Shown: positions 47,524 to 58,867 of the stretch, one piece after another
How positions within the stretch are numbered: position 1 is the stretch's first letter
Layout: each line of letters begins with the position of its first letter
Assembly: GCF_037081835.1 (NCBI RefSeq)
Contig: NZ_CP146516.1
Coordinates: forward strand, 2,109,577 to 2,173,576
Origin: Spirobacillus cienkowskii
Lineage (GTDB): Bacteria; Bdellovibrionota_B; Oligoflexia; Silvanigrellales; Silvanigrellaceae
Length of the DNA: 64,000 bases
Direction of reading: 5' to 3'
Made by a program: the position numbers and the translations under genes
The notes under the pieces: generated by a model
The model's database searches: none
What the model was told of the DNA's origin: nothing
Seen by the model: only the letters and a program-made list of their open reading frames with translations

Positions 47524-48528
47524 ATGTATGCAATTGAAACATGGGTCGCAGCCCGTCTCAATAAAATTCAATGGGCAAAGTTTGAAGGCAGTGGTCGCAG
47601 GTATTTTACAACAAATAAACTGCATGATGTTTCAGTTACCTTTTATGAAATTCCACTTTCAACAGGGCCTAGCACAGCTTTTTTATCTGTACCAAGGGGT
47701 ATTGCCAGTGCGCAAAACTCTTTAGTTATTTTAATGCACGGGTTTGGAGACGATTGCTCCTATCCCCTGCTTCACTGGACCAAACTCCTAAATGCCAACG
47801 GTTTATCGGTGCTTTCGTTTGATTGGGACGGCCATGGGGTTAGCAGTTCTTCAATCTTAGACTTTCAGCAAGCAACACGAAGTCTGCCTCTTTTGATATA
47901 TAGGCTATTTGGTGAAGAAGGCGGTTCTGGATTGAGCGCAAAGCGCGCCGGGCCATCCTGTTTTTTAATGGGATTTTCAATGGGCGCGTCCTATGCACTC
48001 ATCGCGTCCACTCGCCACGATGTAGCAAAAAATATAGATGGCGTTATTGCCGTTTCACCAGCCCTAAATATTAGTTCTTCTACTAAATCAACTGGTGAAC
48101 TTATTAATAACTTGTACCCTTCTGCTTGGTTTAAAGACTTTGTCAACAAATTTGCATATTATGGGCTTGATGGAATTTTTCCAGCTACAGGTTCTTTAGC
48201 ACGCAAATCATTTCCATTAAGAATGAGAACCGCAATTGATTATGTTGACCAAGTCAAACGTTTTGTAAATGAAACGTTTGTAAAAAGGCGTATTTTAAGA
48301 GAAGTTAAGGTACCTGTTCTTTGGATGCATGGAATGCGCGATCGCATTGCCCCTTACTCTTCTGCAGCATCACTAATGATGGAAATACCCTCTGCTTTTT
48401 TTGCGCATAACGACGAAAAAAGAGGACACGTAAGAATGGCTTTTTCCGATCAAATTCCTAAATATTGTTCAACTTTTATCAGACAATGCTACGAATCAAA
48501 AGAAAATATTACAAATTTTAATAGGTAG
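47524..48528 (+). CDS. alpha/beta-fold hydrolase
   Basis: Nucleophile elbow GFSMGASYAL. HGxxD near the N-terminus. The ATG at 47524 has a GGAGAG RBS. Confidence 0.55.
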   Translation: MYAIETWVAARLNKIQWAKFEGSGRRYFTTNKLHDVSVTFYEIPLSTGPSTAFLSVPRGIASAQNSLVILMHGFGDDCSYPLLHWTKLLNANGLSVLSFDWDGHGVSSSSILDFQQATRSLPLLIYRLFGEEGGSGLSAKRAGPSCFLMGFSMGASYALIASTRHDVAKNIDGVIAVSPALNISSSTKSTGELINNLYPSAWFKDFVNKFAYYGLDGIFPATGSLARKSFPLRMRTAIDYVDQVKRFVNETFVKRRILREVKVPVLWMHGMRDRIAPYSSAASLMMEIPSAFFAHNDEKRGHVRMAFSDQIPKYCSTFIRQCYESKENITNFNR

Positions 48529-48536
48529 GATTATTA

Positions 48537-50837
48537 GTGAGTACTCAAAACAAGTGGATTATTGGTATATTTGCATTTGTAATTTCTATAATATTAATTC
48601 TTATTGCATTACCTTTTTTAATAAATTTTAATAAATTTAAGCCGCAAATTCAAAATTTAGTCTCCGAAAAAATCAATGCCAAAATTGATTTTACTTCGGC
48701 AGAACTTACTATTTTTTCTGGATTAGGAATTGAACTAAAAAACGTAACAGTTACAAATAATGATGAAGTATTTTTAGGCACAGAACTTTTTAAGGTAAAA
48801 AATTTAAAATTTAAAACTGATTTTTTTGCTTTAATACAAAGACGATTAGTTGGAAAAATAGAAATTAATAATCCAGAAATTAATTTCATGAGATATACAA
48901 ACAATAACAATATAACGAGTTTAATAAAAAAACAAACTAAAAAAGAAAATGATTTTTATAAAAAAGAAAAAAATATTGATGAAAATATCTCAACCAAAGA
49001 TTTTAAAAAAAGCTTTATAGGAGTAGCGATTGTAAAATCTTTTATAGTTCGTAATGCAAATATTCATGCATATAACATATCTGGCGTAAATGAAAGAGAA
49101 GTATTTAATATTAAAAATCTTAACTTAAACATTTCAAATATTGGTATATCTAAAAACACCAATGTTGAATTGTCTACAAATATTGACGCTAAAAGTGAAG
49201 ACTTTTTTGCCAAAGGATTAGTAACATTAAAACTTGTTATCAACACCGAACTTGATGGTTTTAGTTGGAAAAATTCTTTATTTAACGGTAATTTAAATTT
49301 TGATAACTTAGACTTAAATTTTCGCGATGCATTTGTTAAAAAGAAATCCGTTCCTTTTCAATTGGCGTTTTCTGGTATTGGAGGACCTTTTGGCATTTCT
49401 CTTGATAATTTTAAATTAAATTTAAAATCATTAAATACTAACGCTAAAATCAATATTAATGGATTTGAAAAACTTGATTCTGATATTTTTGTATCAGTAA
49501 CATCTAATAATCTTTCTGATTTGGGAGATATTCTTCCACAACATAAAAAACTTTTAATCAATGCGACATTAGACTTTAAAGCAAGAATGATTGGTTTGCT
49601 AACACAACCTGAGTCGGCAATTACAAATATTGATTTAAAATCCAAATTAACAAACTCAGATATTAATCTAAATTTTGCCTCTAATTCAATCAAACCACTT
49701 ATTGGTTCTTTAAAAATTAAAAGCCAAAATTTAAACTTAAATCAAATTATTAAACCTTTTATATCTAAAAATGTGGTTATAGAAAAGAAAGAAGTTTTAA
49801 AAACACCTCCTAATTCAAACATTCCTAAAACAACTTTTAATGAAGAATTTACTATTACAGATAATGATAAAAAATATTTAAATGGCGCGAATTTTAATAC
49901 AAATATATCTATTTCAAAAATGATTTATGATGATTTTGAACTCAATGATTTTGCACTTATTGCTCAAGTTAAAAATTACAATGCGACATTAAATAAGTTA
50001 AGCATGAATATATTTTCCGGAAATTTAAACTCAACTGCAAATGTTCAATTAGACTCTTCTCCTATTACTTTTACGGGAAATTTAAATTTAGTTAATGCAA
50101 AAATTGAAAACATATTTAAAACAATCAAATTAAATACAGACAAAAGCCCTATCGAAGGGCTTGTAGACATAAAAATGGATTTTAATGGCAAAGGAATTAC
50201 ACGCCCTATAATTTCTAAAACATTAAATGCTAAAGGGACGTTCGGATTTCAAGACGGCGTCTTAAACACTAAAAGTTTAACATCTCTTGCTGGGCAGCAA
50301 TTTAATCAATTTATTGCAAGCTCCTCGGCAAGCGCTTTAAATCTCGATACAGAAGCCCTAAAACGGCTCACGTTTAGAGAAGACAACAATACAAAACGCA
50401 ACTTAAAAAATCTAAAAGGCAATTTTGAAGTTAAAGAAGGCAAACTTCTCATTCGCAATCATATCAATAGCGATGATGGCATGCTTCATCTGCGTGCTGA
50501 CGTCGGGTTAGATGAAAGTTTGCATGGTACGGCAGACTACATTGCTAGCAACAAGGTTAAAGAACAGCTTATTGCTCAAAGCAGGTATGCAAAATTCTTT
50601 TTTAATGAAAAAGGCGAATTTGAACTCAACATTATTTTGAGTGGTACCATTTCCGATCCACAAGTTCGAATCAATACCGCTACACTACAGGCACGACTTG
50701 CAAGCAATGCCTCCCGAGAATTTAAAACGAAGATTAACGAAGAACTCAAAAAAAATGCAGAAATTCAAAAACTTAAAGAGGACGCAAAAAAACTACTCCA
50801 GCAAAATGGCATCAATCTTAAAAAGCTAGGGTTTTAG
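48537..50837 (+). CDS. asmA: AsmA family outer-membrane-biogenesis protein
   Basis: N-terminal TM anchor and an AsmA-like N-domain (…IDFTSAELTIFSGLGIELKNVTV…). GTG start with an AGGTAGGA RBS. Confidence 0.55.
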   Translation: MSTQNKWIIGIFAFVISIILILIALPFLINFNKFKPQIQNLVSEKINAKIDFTSAELTIFSGLGIELKNVTVTNNDEVFLGTELFKVKNLKFKTDFFALIQRRLVGKIEINNPEINFMRYTNNNNITSLIKKQTKKENDFYKKEKNIDENISTKDFKKSFIGVAIVKSFIVRNANIHAYNISGVNEREVFNIKNLNLNISNIGISKNTNVELSTNIDAKSEDFFAKGLVTLKLVINTELDGFSWKNSLFNGNLNFDNLDLNFRDAFVKKKSVPFQLAFSGIGGPFGISLDNFKLNLKSLNTNAKININGFEKLDSDIFVSVTSNNLSDLGDILPQHKKLLINATLDFKARMIGLLTQPESAITNIDLKSKLTNSDINLNFASNSIKPLIGSLKIKSQNLNLNQIIKPFISKNVVIEKKEVLKTPPNSNIPKTTFNEEFTITDNDKKYLNGANFNTNISISKMIYDDFELNDFALIAQVKNYNATLNKLSMNIFSGNLNSTANVQLDSSPITFTGNLNLVNAKIENIFKTIKLNTDKSPIEGLVDIKMDFNGKGITRPIISKTLNAKGTFGFQDGVLNTKSLTSLAGQQFNQFIASSSASALNLDTEALKRLTFREDNNTKRNLKNLKGNFEVKEGKLLIRNHINSDDGMLHLRADVGLDESLHGTADYIASNKVKEQLIAQSRYAKFFFNEKGEFELNIILSGTISDPQVRINTATLQARLASNASREFKTKINEELKKNAEIQKLKEDAKKLLQQNGINLKKLGF

Positions 50838-50946
50838 CCATTAATTTGCACTTCCCACTTGTCTTCATACCCGTTTTAAGTTACGACCTTGATTCCGATT
50901 GCAATGACAATCGGATAATATTTATAAGAAGGGGGGTGATTACTTT

Positions 50947-51144
50947 ATGCCAGTCGTTAAAATTAAAGAAGGAGAAACCTTTGAAAGCGCTATGCGTCGT
51001 TTCAAGAAGCAATGCGAAAAAGCAGGTATCTTATCTGAAATCCGTAAACGCGAGCATTACGAAAAACCCTCTGTTAAAATCAAGAGAAAGCGTATGGCTG
51101 CCCGGAAGCGTGCACTCAAGAAGCAAAAGAAGCTACTATCGTAA
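50947..51144 (+). CDS. rpsU: 30S ribosomal protein S21
   Basis: [42 protein letters not shown]… is diagnostic. Strong AGGGGGG RBS. Confidence 0.9.
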   Translation: MPVVKIKEGETFESAMRRFKKQCEKAGILSEIRKREHYEKPSVKIKRKRMAARKRALKKQKKLLS

Positions 51145-51178
51145 TTTTGCATAGTTGAGAGTTCGAATCACTTGTTAA

Positions 51179-51215
51179 AGGAGAGCTTCGTTTCTATCGC
51201 GGACTCTCCTTTTTC
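51179..51215 (+). terminator. rho-independent terminator/attenuator between rpsU and dnaG
   Basis: AGGAGAG…CTCTCCT stem followed by TTTTTC. Confidence 0.5.
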
Positions 51216-51303
51216 AGTCATCACCATTTGCGTCAATATATCAATTTTATTAGAATTTTTGGAGCCAATGTAGACTCCATATTATATTTATGAGGGTTTA
51301 TTT

Positions 51304-54300
51304 TTGAGACTTCGTAAGAACTCAATTCAAAATCTCATACAGTCTATATCACTGCATGAACACCTCAAGCGTTACATGGAAATAAAACGCACAGGAAATC
51401 ATGCTGTCGCAAAATGCCCTTTTCATCCCGATTCCAATCCAAGTCTCTACATTTACGAAGACAACTATCATTGTTTTGCATGTAAGGCGCACGGCACTAT
51501 TATTGACTACGAAATGCACAGAACTGGATATGGATTTCGAGAAGTGGTTTTACAACTGTCAGAGCAATACAATATTCACCTTGAATTTGAAGAGGCTCAG
51601 CCAAATGAGCAAAAATCAAACTCAAATATTGAATTTTTCGAGAAATCAAACAAATTATTAGATTATATGTTAGAAATTTTTAATAAAAATTTTAAAAATT
51701 TTCACGCAAACATTAAAAATTTTAATAATATTCAATTAGAAAAATTAATTCATTTTTTTTTAGACAGCGGTATAGAAATTGGTTTTACAGGTATACATTC
51801 TGAAAGCGAGCCATTAAAAGAAAATGAACATATTAAATCTTTAATTCCAGAAGATTTATCAGAACGCTTTGCTTTTCCAATGTATAAAGAAAATGGAAAA
51901 ATTAGTGGATTTGCATATTCTTCTAAATTCACTAAAATTATTTCAGATAGCAATCCCAATTCAATAGAATTGTTAATTCACAATATCTCAAATACCCTAC
52001 AAGTTATAACTCCTTTTTCAAAATCAACATTAAGCTGCTTACATTGGCAAAAAGCACGTACAAGCGCTTCGCAAACAAGAGAGCTCTTTATAACCACAAA
52101 TTTTTGTGACTTTAACACACTTAAAAATTTACAAATTGATAATGTTATTTTTTGTTTACACAATAAACTTGACGCATTTTTATTAAAAATCTTGCAAAAG
52201 AGAGTGACAACAATTTATATTGTCATGACACAAAATAATTACAACTTTAAATTTTTATGGCAAATTTTTAATGAAATAACTCCTTTTTTTGATATTATAA
52301 TTAATTTTGGTTTTTTTCCTGAAAATCCAGGAGATATAAATTCTAATAATATAAAAAATTGGTTAAATAGTAAATTTTCACCTGTATACTTAGAAGTTAC
52401 AGAATACTTTCTAAAAAAGTCACCGGCGCCCGATAAACTTTCTATTTTTAAAAAACATTTACTACCAATTGTATTACGCAATAAAAATTCTTCCAGAAGC
52501 GATTTTATTCTTAACAATATTGCAAATAAACAATTTCAATCGTCAAAAAATATATTTTTTAGTTATCAAAACAATTTAATTAAAAAACACCAAGAATTTT
52601 CATATACAATTAATAGTGAAATTTCTCAAAAAAATGATGATTTAAAACCAAAAAATGAAGCACCAGAGTTAGAAAAAAACAATAAATTATACAAAAATAT
52701 TATGCAAAAAACTACAGTTTTTTACCATAATGCTTTGCTTTCAGAAATTCCTTATGCAATTGAGGCAAGAGAATATCTGTTTGATCGTGGTTTTAACTTA
52801 GATGATATAAAAAAATGGTTAATTGGAGTTTGCCCAATTAATAATCTTTTATCATTAAAAGCAGAAAATAAAGCAGCTCCAGCTAACACTTTACTTGAAC
52901 TCGGTTTAATAAAAAATAGTAAATTAAACAATAGATATTATGATTTCTTTTACAACAGAATCATTATTCCTATTTTTAATCACGATAACCAGGTAGTTGC
53001 TTTATCAGGTAGAGTTTTTTCTAAAAAAGAAACTTCTATAAAAGATATACCCAAATACATTAATTCACCTGAAACACAAATTTTTTCAAAGTCAAATATT
53101 TTATTTAATTTCAACAAAGCGTTACAAGCAATCGTAAGTCTCGGTTACGTTATAGTGGTTGAAGGTTACATGGACTGTATAACCCTAGTGAATCACGGCA
53201 TTACAAATACTGTTGCTGTCATGGGAACAAGTTTAACTCACGCTCATATCGATTGCCTTGCTAAAATTACAAAAAGAATAATTTTATGCTTTGACTCTGA
53301 TAAAGCAGGACAAAACGCCGCCAAGCGAAGTTTTGTAATAGGATATCCCTATCTTGATATTGATTTAGAATATCTTTCTATTCCTGGGGAAAAAGATCCA
53401 GATGCCTTTATCAAAAAGTATGGTCATGAGGAGTTTTTATCCCTTATCCCACAATCTATTCCACTACTTCATCAATTTTGTTCATGGTTGTTTGAAGAAG
53501 CGCAAAGTAACTTAGAAGTATTTTTTAAACTTATTAAAGAACAAATATTACCAGTTATCCTACAAAATAAAAATTTCAATTGCCAAGAAGATTCGCTCAC
53601 TTTTTTATGTGACAAATATTTTCAAAACCTTTATCCTCATGATCTTAGAAAAGAGATGGCTGCAGTGAGCACAACGCATCCCAAAAGCTATTTTCCTGAG
53701 ACGCAAAGTAAAATAAGTGCTCAAACATGTGAAAACTGGCCTGTACATTCTGTATTAGAAGTTAAAATTCTTTTATCGCTTGTTTTTGCTAGGTTTAATG
53801 AGCTACCAATCCGCTTGCAAAATGTGGCTCAAGGGCTTACTAGCCAAGAAGAGGCTAACGAAAGAATTTGCGCTATAGCACTCAATAAACAAATGAGTGA
53901 AGCAAGTTTTTCGATTTTGTTAGAATTACTATCTACAATGATAGAAAACCCATGTCTTTCTATCATTGAACTCGAAACCAATATGCGGCCTCAGATGTCG
54001 CATCACGCGAATATTTTAATAGGCTATGCAAATGCTGAGGCTAAACTTTTATTTCAATATAACCTACAGGAATTATTAAAAGAAAGCTTGCCTGCAGCCG
54101 TTTCCATGGTATCATTTAAGAACATTTGGGACTTAAAAAATTCTGGCTTTCTGAGGTTTCAGTTGCGAAACATTAAGTTAACCTCGCAAAGAGGAATTCT
54201 TTCTGCATTTATTGCTGAGACTTTACTTCACTTAGAACTCGAATATATTGATAACGCTCTTAAGGCGCGTTCGAGTGTCCACTTTGATCATGAAATAGAT

Positions 54301-54381
54301 AAACAATTTCATGATCTTGCAAAAGAAAGGGAGAGGCGTCGTAAAGAATTTGGTTCTTTTGAATCTTTTAATTTGCAATAA
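51304..54381 (+). CDS. dnaG: DNA primase DnaG with a ~370-aa low-complexity insertion between the zinc-binding domain and the RNA-polymerase domain
   Basis: CHC2 zinc finger CPFHPDSNPSLYIY…CFAC. TOPRIM (VVEGYMDCITL, CFDSDKAGQNAA). TTG start with a GAGGG RBS. 1025 aa. Confidence 0.85.
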   Translation: MRLRKNSIQNLIQSISLHEHLKRYMEIKRTGNHAVAKCPFHPDSNPSLYIYEDNYHCFACKAHGTIIDYEMHRTGYGFREVVLQLSEQYNIHLEFEEAQPNEQKSNSNIEFFEKSNKLLDYMLEIFNKNFKNFHANIKNFNNIQLEKLIHFFLDSGIEIGFTGIHSESEPLKENEHIKSLIPEDLSERFAFPMYKENGKISGFAYSSKFTKIISDSNPNSIELLIHNISNTLQVITPFSKSTLSCLHWQKARTSASQTRELFITTNFCDFNTLKNLQIDNVIFCLHNKLDAFLLKILQKRVTTIYIVMTQNNYNFKFLWQIFNEITPFFDIIINFGFFPENPGDINSNNIKNWLNSKFSPVYLEVTEYFLKKSPAPDKLSIFKKHLLPIVLRNKNSSRSDFILNNIANKQFQSSKNIFFSYQNNLIKKHQEFSYTINSEISQKNDDLKPKNEAPELEKNNKLYKNIMQKTTVFYHNALLSEIPYAIEAREYLFDRGFNLDDIKKWLIGVCPINNLLSLKAENKAAPANTLLELGLIKNSKLNNRYYDFFYNRIIIPIFNHDNQVVALSGRVFSKKETSIKDIPKYINSPETQIFSKSNILFNFNKALQAIVSLGYVIVVEGYMDCITLVNHGITNTVAVMGTSLTHAHIDCLAKITKRIILCFDSDKAGQNAAKRSFVIGYPYLDIDLEYLSIPGEKDPDAFIKKYGHEEFLSLIPQSIPLLHQFCSWLFEEAQSNLEVFFKLIKEQILPVILQNKNFNCQEDSLTFLCDKYFQNLYPHDLRKEMAAVSTTHPKSYFPETQSKISAQTCENWPVHSVLEVKILLSLVFARFNELPIRLQNVAQGLTSQEEANERICAIALNKQMSEASFSILLELLSTMIENPCLSIIELETNMRPQMSHHANILIGYANAEAKLLFQYNLQELLKESLPAAVSMVSFKNIWDLKNSGFLRFQLRNIKLTSQRGILSAFIAETLLHLELEYIDNALKARSSVHFDHEIDKQFHDLAKERERRRKEFGSFESFNLQ

Positions 54382-54469
54382 ACGTAAAAATATTTAAGAG
54401 TAATAAGTTTACACTATTCAAATGTTATGAATAGGTTTTTGTTTTGTGATTCTTGGGGGTTTTTAAAAT

Positions 54470-56971
54470 ATGACGAATTCCAAGTCAAAGTCTGCAACAG
54501 TTGGTGGCCAGAAACGTGCCTCTGAATCCACTTATAAAGAAAAATCCACAAGTTCAAAACCAGTGAAAAAAGTGGAAAAAAGCTCCCCAAAAACACAGAA
54601 TGTAACAAAAACTGGGGGAGTAAAAGCGTCAAAAAAAGATAGCTCTCAAAGTATAAAAAAGCAACCTCAAGAAAAGCTTTCAGAGGCTGTATCAAAAAAC
54701 GATACTCAACCAGAAAAGACAACAAAAAAAGTTACTCCCATAAAGGCAGAAAAAGAGAAAAAAGCCGCTGCGCCTAAAACCGTGAACCGTAACGCCAACG
54801 AAAAATCAATCAAACCTAAACCAGATGTTACTAAAAAAGGTGGCAAACAAAATGCACCTTTAGTTCAATCAGATACAACAATTGCCTCAATTGCCACTGC
54901 TGCTAGCAAAACAACTCCTGTCAAAGCAGCAAGCGCTAAAGCAACCAACAATACCGCTACAAAAAAGAAAACAAGCAAAGAAGAAAATGTTAAAAATACG
55001 CCGCATGATACACTGGCAAAAGGTATAAAAAATTCTAAAGCGCCAGAAACAAATTCTGCTTTAGCTGAAAAAGCAATTTTAACAAGTGTAAAGTCAAAAG
55101 ATAAAAAATCAAAATCAAGTAGCAGCGCAAGCGGAAATGCAACAGCTTCAGCACATAAAGAAAAAGATTCCAAACTCAATACTTCGCAAGAAACAAAAGA
55201 AAAAGATGTTCTTGCTGCAGTGGCTTCTAAAAAGAAAGAGGCACCAGCAACTAAACAAGATCTTGGTAAAAAAGCTGCAAAACAAACAAAACAAGTTAAA
55301 GCAGCAGACGAAGAAGAAGACTCATTTGAAGAGGCTTCTATCGATGAAGATATTGATGATTTTAACCTCGATGAAGAAGAAGATATTATTGGCGACGTTG
55401 ATATTGAAGCTGATGATGTCACAACTTTACCAGAAGATGATTTTCTTGCTGCAGAAGAATTTGGGGCAGATCTTGGCGGCGAAGAAGAAGAGCTTGATGC
55501 CTCTGCTCGCAGTAACGATCCTGTCCGTGTTTATTTAAGAAAAATGGGTCAAGTTGCTCTGCTATCTCGTGATGGCGAAGTTGAAATTGCCAAAAAAATT
55601 GAAAACGAAGAAAACAAATTGCTTGAACACCTTGTATCACTGCGCATTGGTATCAACCACATGTGTGATATTGGTCAAAAGTTTATTGATGGAATCATAA
55701 AAGCCAAAAACCTTGTTAAGGGCTTTGACGACGAACAAGATCAAGCCAATGACGAAGGACAATCTCAACGCGTCCGAGTTCTTGTTGAAAGCTTTATGAA
55801 ACTAGCTAAAACAGTCGTTGAAATTGAAGACAAATATGGTTTGCAAGGGCTCGATAAACTTTCTGCACATGAACGTGAAATTTTATTAGAAGCGCGTCAA
55901 CAAATGTTTGAAATAGTTAAAGAAATAAATATCAATCGCCGTATCATTCAGCAAATTGTGACAGAACTAGACACCCATGCTAAAAGTGTTTCAGACTGCA
56001 TGAAAGAAGTTAACAAAGTTAAAGTAAGAACTCGCTTAGATGAAGCAAGACTTGCTGCATACTGCCACAACAATGCAACAAGACCAATTGAAGTTAATTT
56101 TCTAACAGAAAGAGACTGGGAAAACTTTAAAAACACATACCTCTCTGCGCAAAATACCATCATTGCTAGCGAGCAAATGTGTTTTTTGAGCCGTAGTGAA
56201 ATTGCAATCAAATACCAAGTGATTAACAATGCAAACCGCTTTGCAGAAGAAGCAAAACGAGAATTGATTGAAGCAAATTTGAGGCTTGTGGTTTCTATTG
56301 CTAAAAAATACATGAACCGTGGCTTACAGTTTCTTGATCTAATTCAAGAAGGCAACATCGGTCTTATGAAGGCTGTCGAAAAATTTGAATACCGCCGCGG
56401 TTATAAGTTTAGCACTTATGCAACATGGTGGATCCGCCAAGCCATTACCCGTGCTATTGCCGACCAAGCACGTACAATTCGTATTCCAGTGCATATGATT
56501 GAAACTATTAATAAAATGGTACGTACAAGCCGTCAGCTTGTGCAAGAAATGGGAAGAGAGCCAACCCCTGAAGAAATTGCACAACGCATGGATATGAGCA
56601 TTGAAAAAGTGCGCAAGGTCATGAAAATCGCTCGAGAACCGATTTCTCTCGAAGCGCCAATTGGAGAAGAAGAAGACAACCATTACGGAGACTTTTTAGA
56701 AGACAAAGCACACGGTGCACCAATTGATATTGTTGCAAACCAAAGCTTGTCAGAACAAACAAAAAAAGTTCTTGCAACACTGACATCTCGAGAAGAGAAA
56801 GTTTTGCGTATGCGTTTTGGTATTGGCGAAAAAACCGACCACACCTTGGAAGAAGTGGGACAAAGCTTCGATGTCACTCGCGAACGCATTCGCCAAATTG
56901 AAGCAAAAGCGCTGCGTAAATTGCGTCACCCAAGTCGTTCCAAAAAGCTCAAAGCATTTATTGAAAGCTAA
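54470..56971 (+). CDS. rpoD: RNA polymerase sigma factor RpoD (sigma-70) with a ~340-aa K/A/S/T-rich basic N-terminal extension
   Basis: Region 1.2 ([16 protein letters not shown]). Regions 2-4 nearly canonical (…[19 protein letters not shown]…; C-terminal region 4.2 HTH). 833 aa. Confidence 0.9.
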   Translation: MTNSKSKSATVGGQKRASESTYKEKSTSSKPVKKVEKSSPKTQNVTKTGGVKASKKDSSQSIKKQPQEKLSEAVSKNDTQPEKTTKKVTPIKAEKEKKAAAPKTVNRNANEKSIKPKPDVTKKGGKQNAPLVQSDTTIASIATAASKTTPVKAASAKATNNTATKKKTSKEENVKNTPHDTLAKGIKNSKAPETNSALAEKAILTSVKSKDKKSKSSSSASGNATASAHKEKDSKLNTSQETKEKDVLAAVASKKKEAPATKQDLGKKAAKQTKQVKAADEEEDSFEEASIDEDIDDFNLDEEEDIIGDVDIEADDVTTLPEDDFLAAEEFGADLGGEEEELDASARSNDPVRVYLRKMGQVALLSRDGEVEIAKKIENEENKLLEHLVSLRIGINHMCDIGQKFIDGIIKAKNLVKGFDDEQDQANDEGQSQRVRVLVESFMKLAKTVVEIEDKYGLQGLDKLSAHEREILLEARQQMFEIVKEININRRIIQQIVTELDTHAKSVSDCMKEVNKVKVRTRLDEARLAAYCHNNATRPIEVNFLTERDWENFKNTYLSAQNTIIASEQMCFLSRSEIAIKYQVINNANRFAEEAKRELIEANLRLVVSIAKKYMNRGLQFLDLIQEGNIGLMKAVEKFEYRRGYKFSTYATWWIRQAITRAIADQARTIRIPVHMIETINKMVRTSRQLVQEMGREPTPEEIAQRMDMSIEKVRKVMKIAREPISLEAPIGEEEDNHYGDFLEDKAHGAPIDIVANQSLSEQTKKVLATLTSREEKVLRMRFGIGEKTDHTLEEVGQSFDVTRERIRQIEAKALRKLRHPSRSKKLKAFIES

Positions 56972-57379
56972 TCAAGCTTCATAGTCTCTTTGAGCTTCAA
57001 TTTTAATTTTGCCAGTAAAATCTTTTAAAGGGACATATCCTTTTTCAATAATAAGTTTAGCAGCAGCAATTTTAGGAAATTTTTCTCCAAGATCATTAAG
57101 AATTTGCTCTGCTAAATATTCAACCAATCCGACCCGATTTAGTGATTTAATTTTGTGTATTAAATGCTCAATAACATCGCCATAATCTACAGTTTGATTC
57201 AAATCATCAAACGTGTGCAAAAACTTAATTTTTATTGATAAATGTATTGTGACATTTTGCCCAATTCTTTTTTCAAGCTCATTTGCCCCAATATAAAGAA
57301 ATGTTTTAATATCATTTATATGAATCCAACAGTATTCCTGTTTGTCTAATATATAATTTTCATTAAACTTATTTTCCAT
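56972..57379 (-). CDS. folB: 7,8-dihydroneopterin aldolase (FolB)-like
   Basis: Size and pattern (…YIGANELEKRIGQNVTIHLSI…DYGDV…LVEYLAEQI…) fit FolB. Confidence 0.55.
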   Translation of the reverse strand: MENKFNENYILDKQEYCWIHINDIKTFLYIGANELEKRIGQNVTIHLSIKIKFLHTFDDLNQTVDYGDVIEHLIHKIKSLNRVGLVEYLAEQILNDLGEKFPKIAAAKLIIEKGYVPLKDFTGKIKIEAQRDYEA

Positions 57380-57479
57380 TTTTTGTTTCCTAATAGTTGG
57401 CTATCATAAAAAACGCAGATATAAATAAAACAGCGTCTTAATTTTCCCTTTTGCAAACTCATAAAACAAAGGCAAACAT

Positions 57480-58724
57480 ATGACAAATGCAAATGCTTCT
57501 GAAATCTCAAAAAAATTCATTGATATGGCTAACAAATTTGGTGCGCATAATTATCACCCTTTAAATGTTGTCATAACAAGAGGGGCTGGAGAATGGGTTT
57601 GGGACATTGATGGAAAACGATATTTAGACATGTTGAGCGCATACAGTGCCGTCAGTCAAGGCCATTGTCATCCAAAAATGATCAAAACTCTTATGGAGCA
57701 AGCGCAAAAAATCACATTAGCCTCCAGAGCATTTCATAACGATCAATTGGGACCATGGCTAGAACTCGTCACATCTTTATGCAAAAAAGACAAAGCATTA
57801 CCAATGAATACTGGAGCAGAAGCGGTTGAAACAGCAATTAAAATTGCAAGAAAATGGGGCTATCTCACCAAAAAAATAAAGCGCCATAAAGCTGAGATTA
57901 TTGTCTGCGATCATAATTTTCATGGCCGCACAACAATGATTGTGAGTTTTTCGAGTGAGCCACAATACAAAGACGATTTTGGCCCATTTTGCGGGGGCTT
58001 TAAATCTATCCCCTATGGCAATGAAAAAGCATTAGAAAAAGCGATCACCCCAAACACAGTTGGTTTTTTGTTTGAGCCAATTCAGGGAGAAGCTGGTATA
58101 ATTGTTCCTCCAAAAGGATACCTAGAAGCTGTCAGTCATATTTGTAAAAAACACAATATATTATGCATTGCAGATGAAATTCAAACTGGCCTTGGAAGAA
58201 CAGGAAAGCTTTTTGCCCATCACTATGAAAACTGTACACCTGATATCATTATTTTAGGAAAAGCCTTAGGTGGTGCTTATTATCCTATTTCAGCTGTGGT
58301 TGGTAATGATGATGTGTTGGGTCTTTTTAAACCAGGAGATCACGGCTCAACATTTGGTGGCAACTCCTTAGCATGTGCTTTATCGCAAACTGCTTTAAAC
58401 ATTATTTTAGAAGAAAAGCTTTCAGAGCGCGCTTATGAGATGGGATTAAAGTTTCGAGAATCTTTAGCAAATTTACCCTCCAAAGTTGTCAAAGATGTGC
58501 GCGGTAAAGGGCTGCTTAATGCAATCGAAATTCAACAAAATGCTGGCAAAGGTCGTTTTTTTAGTGAACTTTTACAAGAAAGAGGGATTCTTGCAAAAGA
58601 AACTCACGATTTTACCGTCCGTTTTGCGCCTCCTTTAGTGATACAAGAATCGAGCATTGATTATGCAATCAACATCATTTGTGAGGTTTTTTCAAAGACT
58701 CAAGCAGAATGGGAGAAAACATAG
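57480..58724 (+). CDS. rocD: ornithine--oxo-acid aminotransferase (RocD/OAT)
   Basis: HNYHPLNVV…YSAVSQGHCHPK closely matches OAT. PLP lysine region present. Confidence 0.85.
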   Translation: MTNANASEISKKFIDMANKFGAHNYHPLNVVITRGAGEWVWDIDGKRYLDMLSAYSAVSQGHCHPKMIKTLMEQAQKITLASRAFHNDQLGPWLELVTSLCKKDKALPMNTGAEAVETAIKIARKWGYLTKKIKRHKAEIIVCDHNFHGRTTMIVSFSSEPQYKDDFGPFCGGFKSIPYGNEKALEKAITPNTVGFLFEPIQGEAGIIVPPKGYLEAVSHICKKHNILCIADEIQTGLGRTGKLFAHHYENCTPDIIILGKALGGAYYPISAVVGNDDVLGLFKPGDHGSTFGGNSLACALSQTALNIILEEKLSERAYEMGLKFRESLANLPSKVVKDVRGKGLLNAIEIQQNAGKGRFFSELLQERGILAKETHDFTVRFAPPLVIQESSIDYAINIICEVFSKTQAEWEKT

Positions 58725-58867
58725 TTTTTATCCCCAGGCAGAGTTGACTTAGACACATTTTCTTGATATGCTTTCTTGTGCTTACATTCGCGTCACATAT
58801 GACGCAGCCAGCCAACAATCCCTTCTTTTATTTTATTCCTTCAACTTTTTCTTTGGAATCATTTAGC

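Noticed and set aside
54865-55640. Antisense and alternate-frame ORFs inside the rpoD K-rich region (54865..55422 minus strand, 55137..55538 plus strand, 55419..55640 minus strand). Similar cases lie inside fadJ (33046..34841 series), the PBP gene and hrpB.
   Set aside because: They overlap well-supported CDSs and have low-complexity composition mirroring the sense strand. They are treated as spurious.
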